Positions 19,858-30,020 of a DNA stretch of 60,259 nt are shown here, piece by piece. A program made the position numbers and the translations under genes. The stretch comes from Micropruina sp. (GTDB lineage: Bacteria; Actinomycetota; Actinomycetes; Propionibacteriales; Propionibacteriaceae). Position 1 is the stretch's first letter, and each line of letters starts with the position of its first letter. The DNA is taken from assembly GCA_039811845.1 (NCBI GenBank), contig JBDHZN010000001.1, forward strand, positions 1 through 60,259, in the 5' to 3' direction. Below the pieces are notes generated by a model. That model was not told the DNA's origin, searched no databases, and saw nothing but the letters and a program-made list of their open reading frames with translations.

Positions 19858-22800
19858 TCACGCATCGCCCAACTCGAACTCGTCGGCGTAGATCAGGCGG
19901 TTCTCCCTTGTCGGGGGGCTGTTCGGGTCGCCAAGGTTCTCCGGGTCGCCGACGAAGGTCTCCCATTCCTCGATCCGGACGCGGTGGGTGCCCGGGGTGG
20001 TCGGACGGGTGAACGGCAGGCCCTCCGGGACGTCGAGCTCACCTGTCCAGACCAGGTTGGCCAGGGTGCCGGCGTAGCCGCGGACCACCAGGTCGGTCTG
20101 GTTGATCGTCGTCCAGGCCAGATCGGAGGTCTGGCCGGCGTCCCGGGTCTGCAGCTTGGCCCGCAGCACCCGGTTGGCACCGACCGCGAGCGCCAGCCCG
20201 GCGGCCCGATTCGTGGCGGTGATGCCCGCCGGCGCGAATCCGTCGGCGGCGGGCAGATCGTGCAGACCCGCCGGTCCGGAGACCAGCACCCGGACCCGGC
20301 CCTCGGCCGTCCGGCTGACCGATGCCGTCCGCTCCGGCGGCACCTGGACGAAATCGCAACGCACCGGCTTGGAGACGTGCCGGCCGTCCACGCTGTAAGG
20401 CTGGTAGCGCACCAGCGACAGCTGCACGAACGGCCAGAACCGGGCCGGGAAGCCGATGTCGACGAACCATTTGCGCCGCTCCGGCTTGTACTGCGGCCGG
20501 TACGGGATGACCATCACCGGCACGTTCGGATCGTCGGCGGACGGGTAGACCTCCGGCTTCCCGGACGGCCCCGCGACCGAGTCGTAGTCGTCCAACCCGA
20601 TCGCGCTGAGCAGATCGGTGACCTGGACGGCTTCCCGGTCGGCGACGTTGCTGCCGAACCAGAACGGGTCCCCGCCCCACTGGCTGGTGAACGTGGTTGT
20701 CGGACGTTCGCCGACCGCCAGCACCACACCCAGCTGCTCGTCGGCACCGGTGGTGAACCAGGGCCGCTCCAAGTAGACCCGGACCCCGCTGCGCCGCACC
20801 CGGCGACGAGCCATCGGCTGGTCGGGTTCGGTGCCCTCCTCCCAACGGAACAGCGGGATCACCGAATGCACCAGCGGCGGCGCCGGCAGTGAGGTGTTCG
20901 GCACATGCAGCTCGACCTCGGCGCTGACCGTCGATCGGCCGTCGTCGACCGGCAGCGCCGGATCGTCCGCCGGTGCCGCGGGCGCCAGCTCGTCGGGCGC
21001 GAAGTACTCCCGGAACCGGGTGGTGGCCCGGAACCGGTAGTGCACCAGCCGATGCTTGGTGTCGCCGAACTCGTGCACCGCCTTGTGCGAGCGCACATGC
21101 CCGACCAGTTGGTCGTCGTAGGTCTGGTCCGGATGCCCGCCGGCCAGGATCGCGATGTCCTCCCACGGTTCGATCGCGGTGGTGGCGGCCACCTGCCGCT
21201 GGTTCGGCAACGTCTTCCACTGCGGGTCCGACAGGTCGTCGAGCACCTCGTCCCAGCGGGCGTCCACGATCAGCGAATCGGTGCTCGGGCCGTCCAGTTC
21301 GATACCGCCGAGCAGCATCACGTTGGTGGCGCTGGCCGCGCGGTAGGTCCGGAAGGCGATCGGCTCCGGTGCCCGGACCGGACGCGGCACCGCGTGCACC
21401 AGGGTGAGCGCCGTCGAGGGGGTGAGCGCCCACAGCCAGCCGTTCGCCGCAGCCTCGGCGACGCCGGGCAGTTGGCGCACCGCCTCGGGCAGCTGCAGCC
21501 ACGCGCCCAGCACGCCCAGATCGTCAGCGGTCAGCGTGGAAGAGACCCGGGTGCGCAACGCCGTGCCGCGCGGCAGCGACAGGGTGATCAGGTGCGGCTC
21601 GACCCGTCCGGTCAGCTCGGCGGCGCCGTCCAGCACCAGCCGGTAGCCGTCGGTCGACGGCCAGCCGGACGGCGTATCCGCCGTGGCCAGGGCGCCCGGG
21701 TAGCGGGCGGTGAAACCCTCCACACCGAACGGCGGCACGATGCTGAACTCCTTGCCGGCGTCGGGGAAGACGAAACCCAGCCCGCGGGCCAGCACGTCCG
21801 GCAGGTACGGGGTGTGCACCAGGTCGGTGTCGTGTACCACGTACTGTCCCGGTCCGGGCGCCTCGCCGGGCGGCAGCGGCAGGGTTCTCAGTTCGGCGGG
21901 GGACGCCCCCGGCCCGTGCACGAGTTCCACGCCTTCCTGCGGGTCACGGATCGACGGATCGTCCAGCCGGGGCAACTCCTGGTCGAACAGGGTGCCCGAC
22001 TCACGGATCGCGGCGTGCAGCCACAGCGCGCGGACGCCGGCGTCGGCCGAGGAGATCGCGGCATCGAAAGCGCCGTGCTGTTCGGCCTCCAGCTGGCTTG
22101 TCTTGGGTGGCACCAGATGCCGTTCGCAGGTCGCCCAGCGGCCCGGGTGGGCGTCCGCGTACTCCTGCGGGGTGCCCGTGCTCACCTGCAGGGTGGACGG
22201 ATCCTGGCTGACCCAGGAGCGGACCACCAAGACCCCGTTCGACTCGCCCTCGGAGTACGGCCGGCGTGGCACCACCGCCGGCGGCGGCACCGGCTGCCAC
22301 CGCACGAACGGCAGTTCCGCCGAGATGGCGGCGGCTTCGGCGGTGGCGACCGGGCCGTCGATCAGGTCGCGGTCGAGCGCCAGCCCCGAACGGATGACGG
22401 ACGGGTTCAGCACGGCCGTGCCGGACGGCGCCAGGTCGTCGTCGGCGAGACCGGCGGCGAGTGCCCCGCGCACCTCGGCCAGCGGCGAGGCGACGGCGGC
22501 CTCGACCCGTTCGCCGCGCACCTCCTGCAGTCGTCCGACGATCTGCGGCAGCACCTCGGCCAGCCGCTGTCCGGCCGCCCCTTGCCCGGCTGTGCCCTGC
22601 CCGACCGCGAGGGGCGGGGCGACCACGGCACCCTCGATCGGACGTTCCCGCAGCCGGCTCAGCGCTCCGCTGCGGAAGTCGCGCAGTGCGCTGAGATCGG
22701 CGCTGACTCGGACGACAGGCTGAGCGTCGGCGTCACCGGGCGCACCCTCGTCCGGCACCTCCGGGTCCGGTCGGGCCGGCCGCGCGCCGAACCGGTGCGG

Positions 22801-24501
22801 ACGCGAATTGCAGGCCAGGTCGACGCCCCAGACCCGGAAGCTGTAGCGCCGTCCGAATCGCAGCCGGGGCAGCGTACCCGGCGCCGCCGTCCGTTCGATC
22901 AGGATCGGCGTGGACGGATCGTCCGGCGGCTGCGGATCGGTGACCACCTTCTCCTCGCCGTCGGAATGCACCACCGGCAGGGCCGGACGGGGCGCCGACA
23001 GGCTCCAGCCATCCCAGCCGAACACCGCCTCATGGACATGGATCGGTGAGTTGTCGGCACCGGCATGGGTGGGTGCCGACTCCTGCAGGAACGCCACGTC
23101 GTCGAAGGCCAGCTCGCGGCCGCCGATCACCTCGGCGCTCACCTTCACCTCGTGCAGCGAGCGCCACAAGCCGGTGACATCATCGTGCACCTCGACCCGG
23201 ACGCCCTGCATCACATCTTGGGTGGTCATCAGCGGCGCGTTCGCCGCGGACTGGTTCGGTGGCTGAGCACGGACGGTGTCGAGCACCGATCCCTGCCGCT
23301 GCATCGCGTCGGCGGTGGCCACGCCGTTGTTCTTCCGGGCGACGGTGAAGCCGGTGGTGCGCAAAGCGGGCGGAGCGGCGTTGACCGGGGCGCCCTGCAG
23401 TGCGGCGGCGACGCTGCGCAGATACGACGACAGGTACTGCTCGGTCTTCAGCGCGGCGCCGTCCGGGTCGAGGTCGAGCAGGTCGAACGAATCGGCGTTG
23501 CCGACCGGCAGCCGTCCGTTGATCCACTGCGATTCGTTCTCGGCGCGGGTGACCAACGCCCGCCCGACGCTGCGGACGGCGACCCGGACGACCTTGGTGG
23601 CGTCCTCACGCTGCGGGATCAGGATGCGGCCGAGCAGCCACTGACTGCGCGCCAGCCGGTCCGGGTCGGACTTCACATCGACGACCAGGCCGAGCTTGCG
23701 TTGCAGCGGCCCGTGATCGTTGACCAGCGAGACCCGGGCGTGGAAGTCAGGAATCTGCTTCTCGGGCCCGGGCGGACCGGGATTGTCCGGCTCGGGGCGG
23801 TCGCGGTACTTCGTCTCCTCCTCGGGGTGGGAGTAGAAGCGCCGCGCCCGATGCAGCTCCAGCATCGTCTTCCCCATCATGTCCCCGCCGGGGAAATCGG
23901 CCGCCAACTCCCGATCGCTGAAGTACTCCACGGGTGCGCCGACCTCCCGCAGCGGGGTGCCTTCGCGGGTGGCGTCGTCCAGTGACTCGGTCATGCCCCG
24001 CTCGTAACGCGCGGCCAGGTCGAGCGGGTTGTAGCGCTGCCGCCCCACCTCGCCGTCGTCGAATTGGGCGATGATGTCGGTGCCGTACCAGGGCAGCTGC
24101 TGCACGGTCGGCGGCTCGACACCGTTCACCAGGGTGGCCATCAGGTTCACCATCCGGGCGATGCCGGTGGTGGCGCCGGGGTGGAAGGTGCGCCAGGGCC
24201 GGTTGGTCCATTCGGGCGCCTGGAACGTCGTCACCGGTGTCTCAGCCGGGAAGACCTCCTCCCATAGGCCGTCCTCGATGGCGCCCAGCAGCGGCTCGCA
24301 AGCCAGCTCGCCGTCCTGGTCCTCGAGTACGAACTTGGCTTCGGCAAGGGCTTTCGTCCAGTGCTGGAAGAGCTCGGTGACGGCCAAGGTGTCGCGCGGG
24401 TCGTCCACCTCGATGTCGGGGGAGACGAAGAACGAGACGTGGAAGTCGGCGTCCGGGCCGCACGAGTACGGCAGCGCGACGACGGTGAACTGTTCACGCA
24501 T
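19858..24501 (-). CDS. Giant uncharacterised protein (1547 aa), beta-rich, with an FN3-like motif
   Basis: Long ORF with natural amino-acid composition; RYSFRVWGVDLACN resembles the FN3 Y-x-F-R-V-x-A-V-D-x-A-G-N strand; 8-bp overlap with the upstream gene. Confidence 0.85.
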   Translation of the reverse strand: MREQFTVVALPYSCGPDADFHVSFFVSPDIEVDDPRDTLAVTELFQHWTKALAEAKFVLEDQDGELACEPLLGAIEDGLWEEVFPAETPVTTFQAPEWTNRPWRTFHPGATTGIARMVNLMATLVNGVEPPTVQQLPWYGTDIIAQFDDGEVGRQRYNPLDLAARYERGMTESLDDATREGTPLREVGAPVEYFSDRELAADFPGGDMMGKTMLELHRARRFYSHPEEETKYRDRPEPDNPGPPGPEKQIPDFHARVSLVNDHGPLQRKLGLVVDVKSDPDRLARSQWLLGRILIPQREDATKVVRVAVRSVGRALVTRAENESQWINGRLPVGNADSFDLLDLDPDGAALKTEQYLSSYLRSVAAALQGAPVNAAPPALRTTGFTVARKNNGVATADAMQRQGSVLDTVRAQPPNQSAANAPLMTTQDVMQGVRVEVHDDVTGLWRSLHEVKVSAEVIGGRELAFDDVAFLQESAPTHAGADNSPIHVHEAVFGWDGWSLSAPRPALPVVHSDGEEKVVTDPQPPDDPSTPILIERTAAPGTLPRLRFGRRYSFRVWGVDLACNSRPHRFGARPARPDPEVPDEGAPGDADAQPVVRVSADLSALRDFRSGALSRLRERPIEGAVVAPPLAVGQGTAGQGAAGQRLAEVLPQIVGRLQEVRGERVEAAVASPLAEVRGALAAGLADDDLAPSGTAVLNPSVIRSGLALDRDLIDGPVATAEAAAISAELPFVRWQPVPPPAVVPRRPYSEGESNGVLVVRSWVSQDPSTLQVSTGTPQEYADAHPGRWATCERHLVPPKTSQLEAEQHGAFDAAISSADAGVRALWLHAAIRESGTLFDQELPRLDDPSIRDPQEGVELVHGPGASPAELRTLPLPPGEAPGPGQYVVHDTDLVHTPYLPDVLARGLGFVFPDAGKEFSIVPPFGVEGFTARYPGALATADTPSGWPSTDGYRLVLDGAAELTGRVEPHLITLSLPRGTALRTRVSSTLTADDLGVLGAWLQLPEAVRQLPGVAEAAANGWLWALTPSTALTLVHAVPRPVRAPEPIAFRTYRAASATNVMLLGGIELDGPSTDSLIVDARWDEVLDDLSDPQWKTLPNQRQVAATTAIEPWEDIAILAGGHPDQTYDDQLVGHVRSHKAVHEFGDTKHRLVHYRFRATTRFREYFAPDELAPAAPADDPALPVDDGRSTVSAEVELHVPNTSLPAPPLVHSVIPLFRWEEGTEPDQPMARRRVRRSGVRVYLERPWFTTGADEQLGVVLAVGERPTTTFTSQWGGDPFWFGSNVADREAVQVTDLLSAIGLDDYDSVAGPSGKPEVYPSADDPNVPVMVIPYRPQYKPERRKWFVDIGFPARFWPFVQLSLVRYQPYSVDGRHVSKPVRCDFVQVPPERTASVSRTAEGRVRVLVSGPAGLHDLPAADGFAPAGITATNRAAGLALAVGANRVLRAKLQTRDAGQTSDLAWTTINQTDLVVRGYAGTLANLVWTGELDVPEGLPFTRPTTPGTHRVRIEEWETFVGDPENLGDPNSPPTRENRLIYADEFELGDA

Positions 24502-27500
24502 GATTGGGCTCCTCAGCGAAGGCCAGGCAGTAGTCGTCCCACAGTGGTGAGGTGAAGTCGGGTTGGACGCCCATCACCTCGGCGAAGCTCGGGTCGCCGT
24601 TGCTGCCGGCGAATTTGCGTTCGCACGAGACCTCGACCGAGGCCGAGAAGCAGAACACCTTGACCTTGACGGTGATCACGGCCCGGCCGACCAGTTTGCC
24701 GCTGGGGAAGTCGTAGGTGAGCGAGAGGTAGAGCTCGATGGAGGCGCTGATCAGGCCCAGCACGTCCACCTCGCCGCGCAGCCGGAAGTAGGCGGTCAGC
24801 GAGCCCTTGTCGGCCTCCATCCGCAGGTAGATGCCGAGCGCGATCGACACCAAGCCGGACGCCACCCCCAGATTCACCGACAGATACGCCCCGGCCTCCA
24901 GGCCGAGTTCGAGCACCTCGAGGCCGCGTGGCGAGAGCCGGATGCCGAACCAGCCGCCGCCGCCCAGGCACACCACCGCCAGGTTGAACGGACGCTCCCG
25001 GGTGCAGAAGCCGAACCCGACCGAGACGATGTCGCCCAGGAACGGCACCCGGACGTCGGCGGCCAGCGACATATTCGACAGGCTGAAGACGCCGATCGCC
25101 AGGTTCGGCAACTCCAGGGTGAATCCGGCCACCACGCCGTCCGGCGCGACGTCGACGTAGGGCGGGTCGGAGAAGCCGTCCAGCGGGATCAGCTGCTTGA
25201 TCCGCTCGACGAAGCTCAGGATGCCGACGAACTCGATGTTGCCGACGGCGGCGTCCACTTCGACCTTGCCGGAGCTGCCCGCCTTGAACGACAAGTGGTC
25301 GAACGGCAGCTTCATCATGGCCTCGCCGGGCGGCAGGATAAGTCCGAAACCGCGCAGTTCGGCCAGCACCTCCGCCTTGGGATGCGCGCCGGCCTGGCCC
25401 TCCACGGCCAGGGTGAGGCCCTTCTTGGGCAGGGTCAGGATCGGGGCGTCCTTCGGCCAGGACTGCAGCGTGGGCTGCCACTTGAACGAGAACCGGGCGT
25501 CGGTGACGGCGGTCGCGATGCCCTGGACGAAATCGATCACCGACTGCACCATCTCGACGTCGGCGGCCGCGGTGCGCAGTGCGGCGACGAGCGCGGTCAG
25601 CCGGTTCTTCGCCAGCGGGGTCAGCTTGGCGGCGGCCGCCTCGACCGCGGTCAACGCATTGGCCAGGTTGGTCAGCGCGGCGGCGAGCTTGCCCGGCGCG
25701 GCCGTCAGATCACCCGGGGCGTCGATGATCGCCTGCAGCACGCCGTCGGCGGCTGCGATCACCGGGTTGACCAGGTCGGCTGCGCTGTTGGCGGCGTCGG
25801 TGGCCTTGGCGAGCACCTCGGCGGCCAGCCCGTCGCGGCCCTGCGCGATCAGACCGTCGGCGGTGTCGTGGGCCTGAGCGAGTGCGGCCTGCGCCTGCTC
25901 GGCGGCGTCGGTGACGGTCTGCTTGAGCTCCTTCAGATCGGCCATCAGCGCGTCGACCTTGGCCAGCGACTCGGTGACCAATGAGGGGGCGTCATCGAGA
26001 TCGACGCCGGCGACCTCCAGGATGTCGATCAGCGAGACGAAGCCGAACAGCATCGGCAGCGCGTCCTTCAGAAACTGCTTCGGATTGAAACCGCCGGACG
26101 CCGTAGTGGCCAGATCGCCGACCGGACCCGCGCTGCGGGACAGTCCCTCGATCGGCAACGACGGTGCGATGAAACCGCCGGCACCGCCGCTGGAGACGCC
26201 GTTCTTGCCGAAGCCGAGCGTGGTCGGAGTGGTCAGCGCCGCCCACAGTTGCCCCGGGTTGTCGGCGCCGAAACCGTGCTGCAGCCAGGCGTCCGCGTAG
26301 CGGAACTCCTGCGGCCCGGTCGGGTTCATCCGCTCGACGGCCGGAATGGTCGACTTGCCCTTCACGAAGGACGGCACCGCGCTGCCCACCTGCGGCGTCC
26401 CGGTGAAGGTCAGCCCGACCGTCGGCACCGAGGTGTCCTTGCCTCCTGGCTCGGACGGCACGAACGAGATGCTCTGGCCCAGGCCGTTGATCTCGGGGGT
26501 GCCGGCGTAGGCGTCCTTCGGATTCCCGTGCGGCCACGGGGCGTGGTAGTGCTCGGCGACCCAGACCAGCTGGGCCGGCAGCTTCACCTGGCGATCGTCG
26601 CGGTCGACGCAGTGCAGGACGAAGTGGAAGGGCTGATCGCCGACCTCGACCAGAAAGAACCATTCCTGCTGAGCGGCCGGGTCCGGGGACAGGGTGGGTG
26701 TGATCGTCGGGGTGATCTCGACCCGCTTGAACGGCATGTCGAGCGCCGAATAGGTCTTCACCGGTTCGCCGACGACCAGGAATTTGCGCTGGTAGAGGCC
26801 GGCGCGCGGGTTGGTCTTGTCCTTGATCTTGCGTTCGGTGACCTTCACCAGGGTGGCCCGATGGCCGAACGGGAACAGGTAGCCGGGGTAGGCGACCCGG
26901 ACGTACTGGTCGCGTCCCATCGGTGCCTCGTGGTCCCAGGACAGGATGGATGCCATTCCGGGTTGCTGCTGCGACCAGGGCAGCGTCAACCATTGGCCGT
27001 GCAGGTCGAGCCAGGCGCCCAGGCTGGACAGGTACAGCCGGGTGGCCTCGAACGGTGTCGGGTCGGTGATCTTGCGGCGGTTCCGGGCCCAGGTCTCCGA
27101 CGACTGCCGGACCAGCATGTGCCGGTCTTTGGAATCCAGCGACATCCGGAACGGCTGGTCGTCGTGCCCGAACTCGGTGGTCGACCAGTCCGGGAAGCGC
27201 TCCCTGTCGCGGGTCCAGAGGGCCCGCATCGATTGCGGAACCTCGTCGACCCGGCCGTCGGAGCGGTGGCCGAGCCGGGTATGCCACAGCTCGATCGCGG
27301 TGTCGGACGCGTCCGACACGGGTTGGTGGGCGTGCGTCCAGCCGCTGTCGGCCGACGGCGAGATGGTCAGCCGGTAGGGCGCCTCGATCGCGGTTTCGCC
27401 GAGCCCCGCCGGACGGCTCAGCTTCTGCGGGTTGTGGAAGATCGGCGGCATCCGGTCGACGGGGATCCGCCAATCGGTGACCAGCTCCTTGATCGGAGTG

Positions 27501-28462
27501 CGCGGATCCGGGCCGCCGAGGGCTGCCCGGAGCTGCGCCAGCGTCCGGGCCAGCTGAGCAACGCCGGCGACCGTGTGGGCCGGATGGATCTCGTCGGCCA
27601 CTGCCGGCGGCGCGGCCGCGGCGTTCAGCAGGCCACCCTCGATCAGCACCTTCAGCTTGCCCGGGTCGAGCAGGACCAGTGTGCCGCCGGCGTACGGTTC
27701 GCCCGGGGTGGCCAACGGATGGACGGCCATCGGATGGGTCTCCAGGGCGTCCAGGAAAGCGGCGGTGCTGACCTCGAGCGCGGTGCCGGCCGGCACCTGG
27801 ACGACGACCCGGCTGGTCCGGGTGGGAATGCCCCGCACGATGGGTGGCAGGGGGACGGCGGCACCGGTGATCTTGACCGGTGGCTGCTCGGGATGCTCCT
27901 CGTTCGGGACGCGGATGTCCTCGCCCGGCTCGGCGTCGTAGACGGCCTCCTCACCAAGGTGCTGGAAGGGCAGGGTGAAGATCAGCAGACCCGGCCCAGG
28001 TTCGCGCGCGGTCAGCACGCCGGCGTCCAGATCGAAGCCGCTGGTGCTGACGATCAGCGAGACCAGATCGGCCGACCGGATCACCTCGAAGCTGTGCTCG
28101 ACCTCGATCTGCTGCGCCGGCGGGACAGCCAGGTCGCCCAGGTCCGGGCGGTGAATAGGTGTTCGCCAGATCGGGTCGAGCTTGTCGATCGGGATCCGGG
28201 GATCGAGGACCGGACGGGTGATGATCGGTGAGAGGCTGCCGATCGGCTGCCGCCCGATCGGGGTGCGCTCGATCGGGCGCGTGCCGCCGGTCGGGTGATC
28301 AAGGCGTATCTTCCCGCCGCTCGCCGCGGCCGGCTGTTCCGGCTCGGCGGGCTGGCGCTTCTTCGCGGACGCGGCGACCTTCGCGGCCGTGGCCGCGTCC
28401 AGTCGTGCGGCCTTCGCTGTGCGCTTCAGGTTCTTGCCGGGCAGTTCGGTCGATCCGGACAC
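24494..28462 (-). CDS. Giant uncharacterised protein (~1322 aa) with an Ala-rich helical insert and amphipathic beta-strand C-terminus
   Basis: GTG at 28462 preceded by strong RBS GGAGGAGG; uninterrupted ORF. Confidence 0.85.
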   Translation of the reverse strand: MSGSTELPGKNLKRTAKAARLDAATAAKVAASAKKRQPAEPEQPAAASGGKIRLDHPTGGTRPIERTPIGRQPIGSLSPIITRPVLDPRIPIDKLDPIWRTPIHRPDLGDLAVPPAQQIEVEHSFEVIRSADLVSLIVSTSGFDLDAGVLTAREPGPGLLIFTLPFQHLGEEAVYDAEPGEDIRVPNEEHPEQPPVKITGAAVPLPPIVRGIPTRTSRVVVQVPAGTALEVSTAAFLDALETHPMAVHPLATPGEPYAGGTLVLLDPGKLKVLIEGGLLNAAAAPPAVADEIHPAHTVAGVAQLARTLAQLRAALGGPDPRTPIKELVTDWRIPVDRMPPIFHNPQKLSRPAGLGETAIEAPYRLTISPSADSGWTHAHQPVSDASDTAIELWHTRLGHRSDGRVDEVPQSMRALWTRDRERFPDWSTTEFGHDDQPFRMSLDSKDRHMLVRQSSETWARNRRKITDPTPFEATRLYLSSLGAWLDLHGQWLTLPWSQQQPGMASILSWDHEAPMGRDQYVRVAYPGYLFPFGHRATLVKVTERKIKDKTNPRAGLYQRKFLVVGEPVKTYSALDMPFKRVEITPTITPTLSPDPAAQQEWFFLVEVGDQPFHFVLHCVDRDDRQVKLPAQLVWVAEHYHAPWPHGNPKDAYAGTPEINGLGQSISFVPSEPGGKDTSVPTVGLTFTGTPQVGSAVPSFVKGKSTIPAVERMNPTGPQEFRYADAWLQHGFGADNPGQLWAALTTPTTLGFGKNGVSSGGAGGFIAPSLPIEGLSRSAGPVGDLATTASGGFNPKQFLKDALPMLFGFVSLIDILEVAGVDLDDAPSLVTESLAKVDALMADLKELKQTVTDAAEQAQAALAQAHDTADGLIAQGRDGLAAEVLAKATDAANSAADLVNPVIAAADGVLQAIIDAPGDLTAAPGKLAAALTNLANALTAVEAAAAKLTPLAKNRLTALVAALRTAAADVEMVQSVIDFVQGIATAVTDARFSFKWQPTLQSWPKDAPILTLPKKGLTLAVEGQAGAHPKAEVLAELRGFGLILPPGEAMMKLPFDHLSFKAGSSGKVEVDAAVGNIEFVGILSFVERIKQLIPLDGFSDPPYVDVAPDGVVAGFTLELPNLAIGVFSLSNMSLAADVRVPFLGDIVSVGFGFCTRERPFNLAVVCLGGGGWFGIRLSPRGLEVLELGLEAGAYLSVNLGVASGLVSIALGIYLRMEADKGSLTAYFRLRGEVDVLGLISASIELYLSLTYDFPSGKLVGRAVITVKVKVFCFSASVEVSCERKFAGSNGDPSFAEVMGVQPDFTSPLWDDYCLAFAEEPNHA

Positions 28463-28575
28463 GGGTGACCTCCTCCGGAGTGCGGTCCAGCTGTCAGTCT
28501 TGACCGCTTTCCGGCAGGTCGCCACGGGAAGAATTGCGTAGTATCGCGCGGCTCATTCAGCCACTCCGGGAGGTG

Positions 28576-29334
28576 TCAGGAGATGCCGGCGGCAGCCGCC
28601 TCATCCGGGGTGTCGACGTCGGCGGCGATGTCCGGCGCGGGGATGTGCCGGACGTTCAGCCCGGCCATCAGCCGGCGCACCGACAGCGACCGGGTGACGC
28701 CCGCCGCGGCCAGCTGAGCGTCGAGTGCCGCCCGGCGGTAACGGGCGGCCAGATACTGCGGATAGCTCTCCGCATCCACCAGGCAGACGCAGTCGAGGGT
28801 GTCCCGCTGGTCGAGCTTGTCGAGACCCCGCTGTGGGTCCACGGTCCGCTGGTCGAGCTTGTCGAGACTCCGCTGCGGGTCCACGGTCCGCTGGTCGAGC
28901 TTGTCGAGACCCTCGTTGGCCGACTTCGACTCCTCGCCGGTCATCCTTGCCGAGATCTCGGTTGCTGCTTCGGTTTCGACACGCTCAACCAGCGGGGCGG
29001 CGTCCAACACCGCTACGATCTCGGCTACATGCGGCAGGTCGCAGGCCAGCAGCAGCACCTCGTCGCCGGGCTCCGCCGGCGGGAGTGCGGCCATTCCGGC
29101 GGCGATGCCGGCCACCGGACCACCGAAGGGCGGATCCTCCAAGGTGCACGTCGCGCGGTCGGCGCCGACGTCGTCCGGCAGATCCGGAGTGACCGCGACG
29201 ATCAACTCGCGGGCCGCGCAGGCGTCCACGGCACGCGCCAGCAGGGAACGGCCGTCGAGTTGCAGCGACCGCTTGTCCCGGCCCATCCGGGCCGAGCGGC
29301 CCCCGCCCAGGATGATCGCAAACCGGCGCTGCAT
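28576..29334 (-). CDS. mobA: MobA-like molybdenum cofactor guanylyltransferase with in-frame REP expansion
   Basis: ILGGGRSARMGRDK, EDPPFGGPVAG, LACDLP, DVDTPDE. Confidence 0.8.
   Translation of the reverse strand: MQRRFAIILGGGRSARMGRDKRSLQLDGRSLLARAVDACAARELIVAVTPDLPDDVGADRATCTLEDPPFGGPVAGIAAGMAALPPAEPGDEVLLLACDLPHVAEIVAVLDAAPLVERVETEAATEISARMTGEESKSANEGLDKLDQRTVDPQRSLDKLDQRTVDPQRGLDKLDQRDTLDCVCLVDAESYPQYLAARYRRAALDAQLAAAGVTRSLSVRRLMAGLNVRHIPAPDIAADVDTPDEAAAAGIS
28804..28995. repeat. Intragenic 42-bp tandem REP-A repeats plus one inverted unit
   Basis: Units start at 28804, 28846 and 28888; inverted unit at about 28971-28995. Confidence 0.9.
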
Positions 29335-29504
29335 CGGGTCAGCGTACGGTCGACGACGACGAGCTGCGAATAAGGATCCCTATTCGGGCGCAGTCCCGAC
29401 AACCGCTGGTCGAGCTTGTCGAGACCTTCTGAGGTGGGCGAGCACAGGGGGTTTCGACAAGCTCAACCCGCAAGCGTCGACAAGCTCAACCACGGCGGGG
29501 ACGT

Positions 29505-30020
29505 TCAGCAGTCGAAGACCGACCAGCAGATGTCATTGCGCAGCCGCTGATCGTCGAGCACCAGGTCGCGGATGGCGTCCGGGAGTTGCTCACGCTGCCA
29601 ACGGCACTCCGCCCCTCCGAGTTCATCGGCGCGGCCCGCGGGTGCTGCCGCCCGGGCGGCCTTGATCGCGTAGACGGCCGCGCCCAACTCGTGCGCGGCG
29701 ACATGTGCGACGGCGCCCGCTTGGCCGGCGGCGTAGGCGGCGAACCGGGGTGCGCCGCGCAGGTCGCGGGCGGCACCCATCGCGTGCCCGCCGGCCGCGC
29801 GCGACTGCATCATCGGCACCTCGCCGCGGGTCCAGGCCCGAATCTGTTCGATCGCTTGGCGTGGCCGTGGGTCATCCGGTCGGACCGTCTCGAACAACGG
29901 CAGTACGTGCTCGGCGCAAACGGCCGCCCACAACGCCAGCAGCCGATGATCGGCATCGGTCAAGGTGCCGCCGCGGCGGATGGTGATGAGGCGCGGGTCG
30001 CGAACCGTGGGCAGAATCAT
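29505..30020 (-). CDS. Imm-5-like putative immunity protein
   Basis: LALWAAVCAEHVL, DDPRPRQAI, AAGQAGAVAHVAAH. Confidence 0.7.
   Translation of the reverse strand: MILPTVRDPRLITIRRGGTLTDADHRLLALWAAVCAEHVLPLFETVRPDDPRPRQAIEQIRAWTRGEVPMMQSRAAGGHAMGAARDLRGAPRFAAYAAGQAGAVAHVAAHELGAAVYAIKAARAAAPAGRADELGGAECRWQREQLPDAIRDLVLDDQRLRNDICWSVFDC

Noticed and set aside
20905-28231. Long + strand ORFs (714, 473 and 660 aa) opposite the giant genes, and similar shadow ORFs throughout the window
   Set aside because: Antisense shadows caused by high-GC codon bias; compositionally skewed and without motifs
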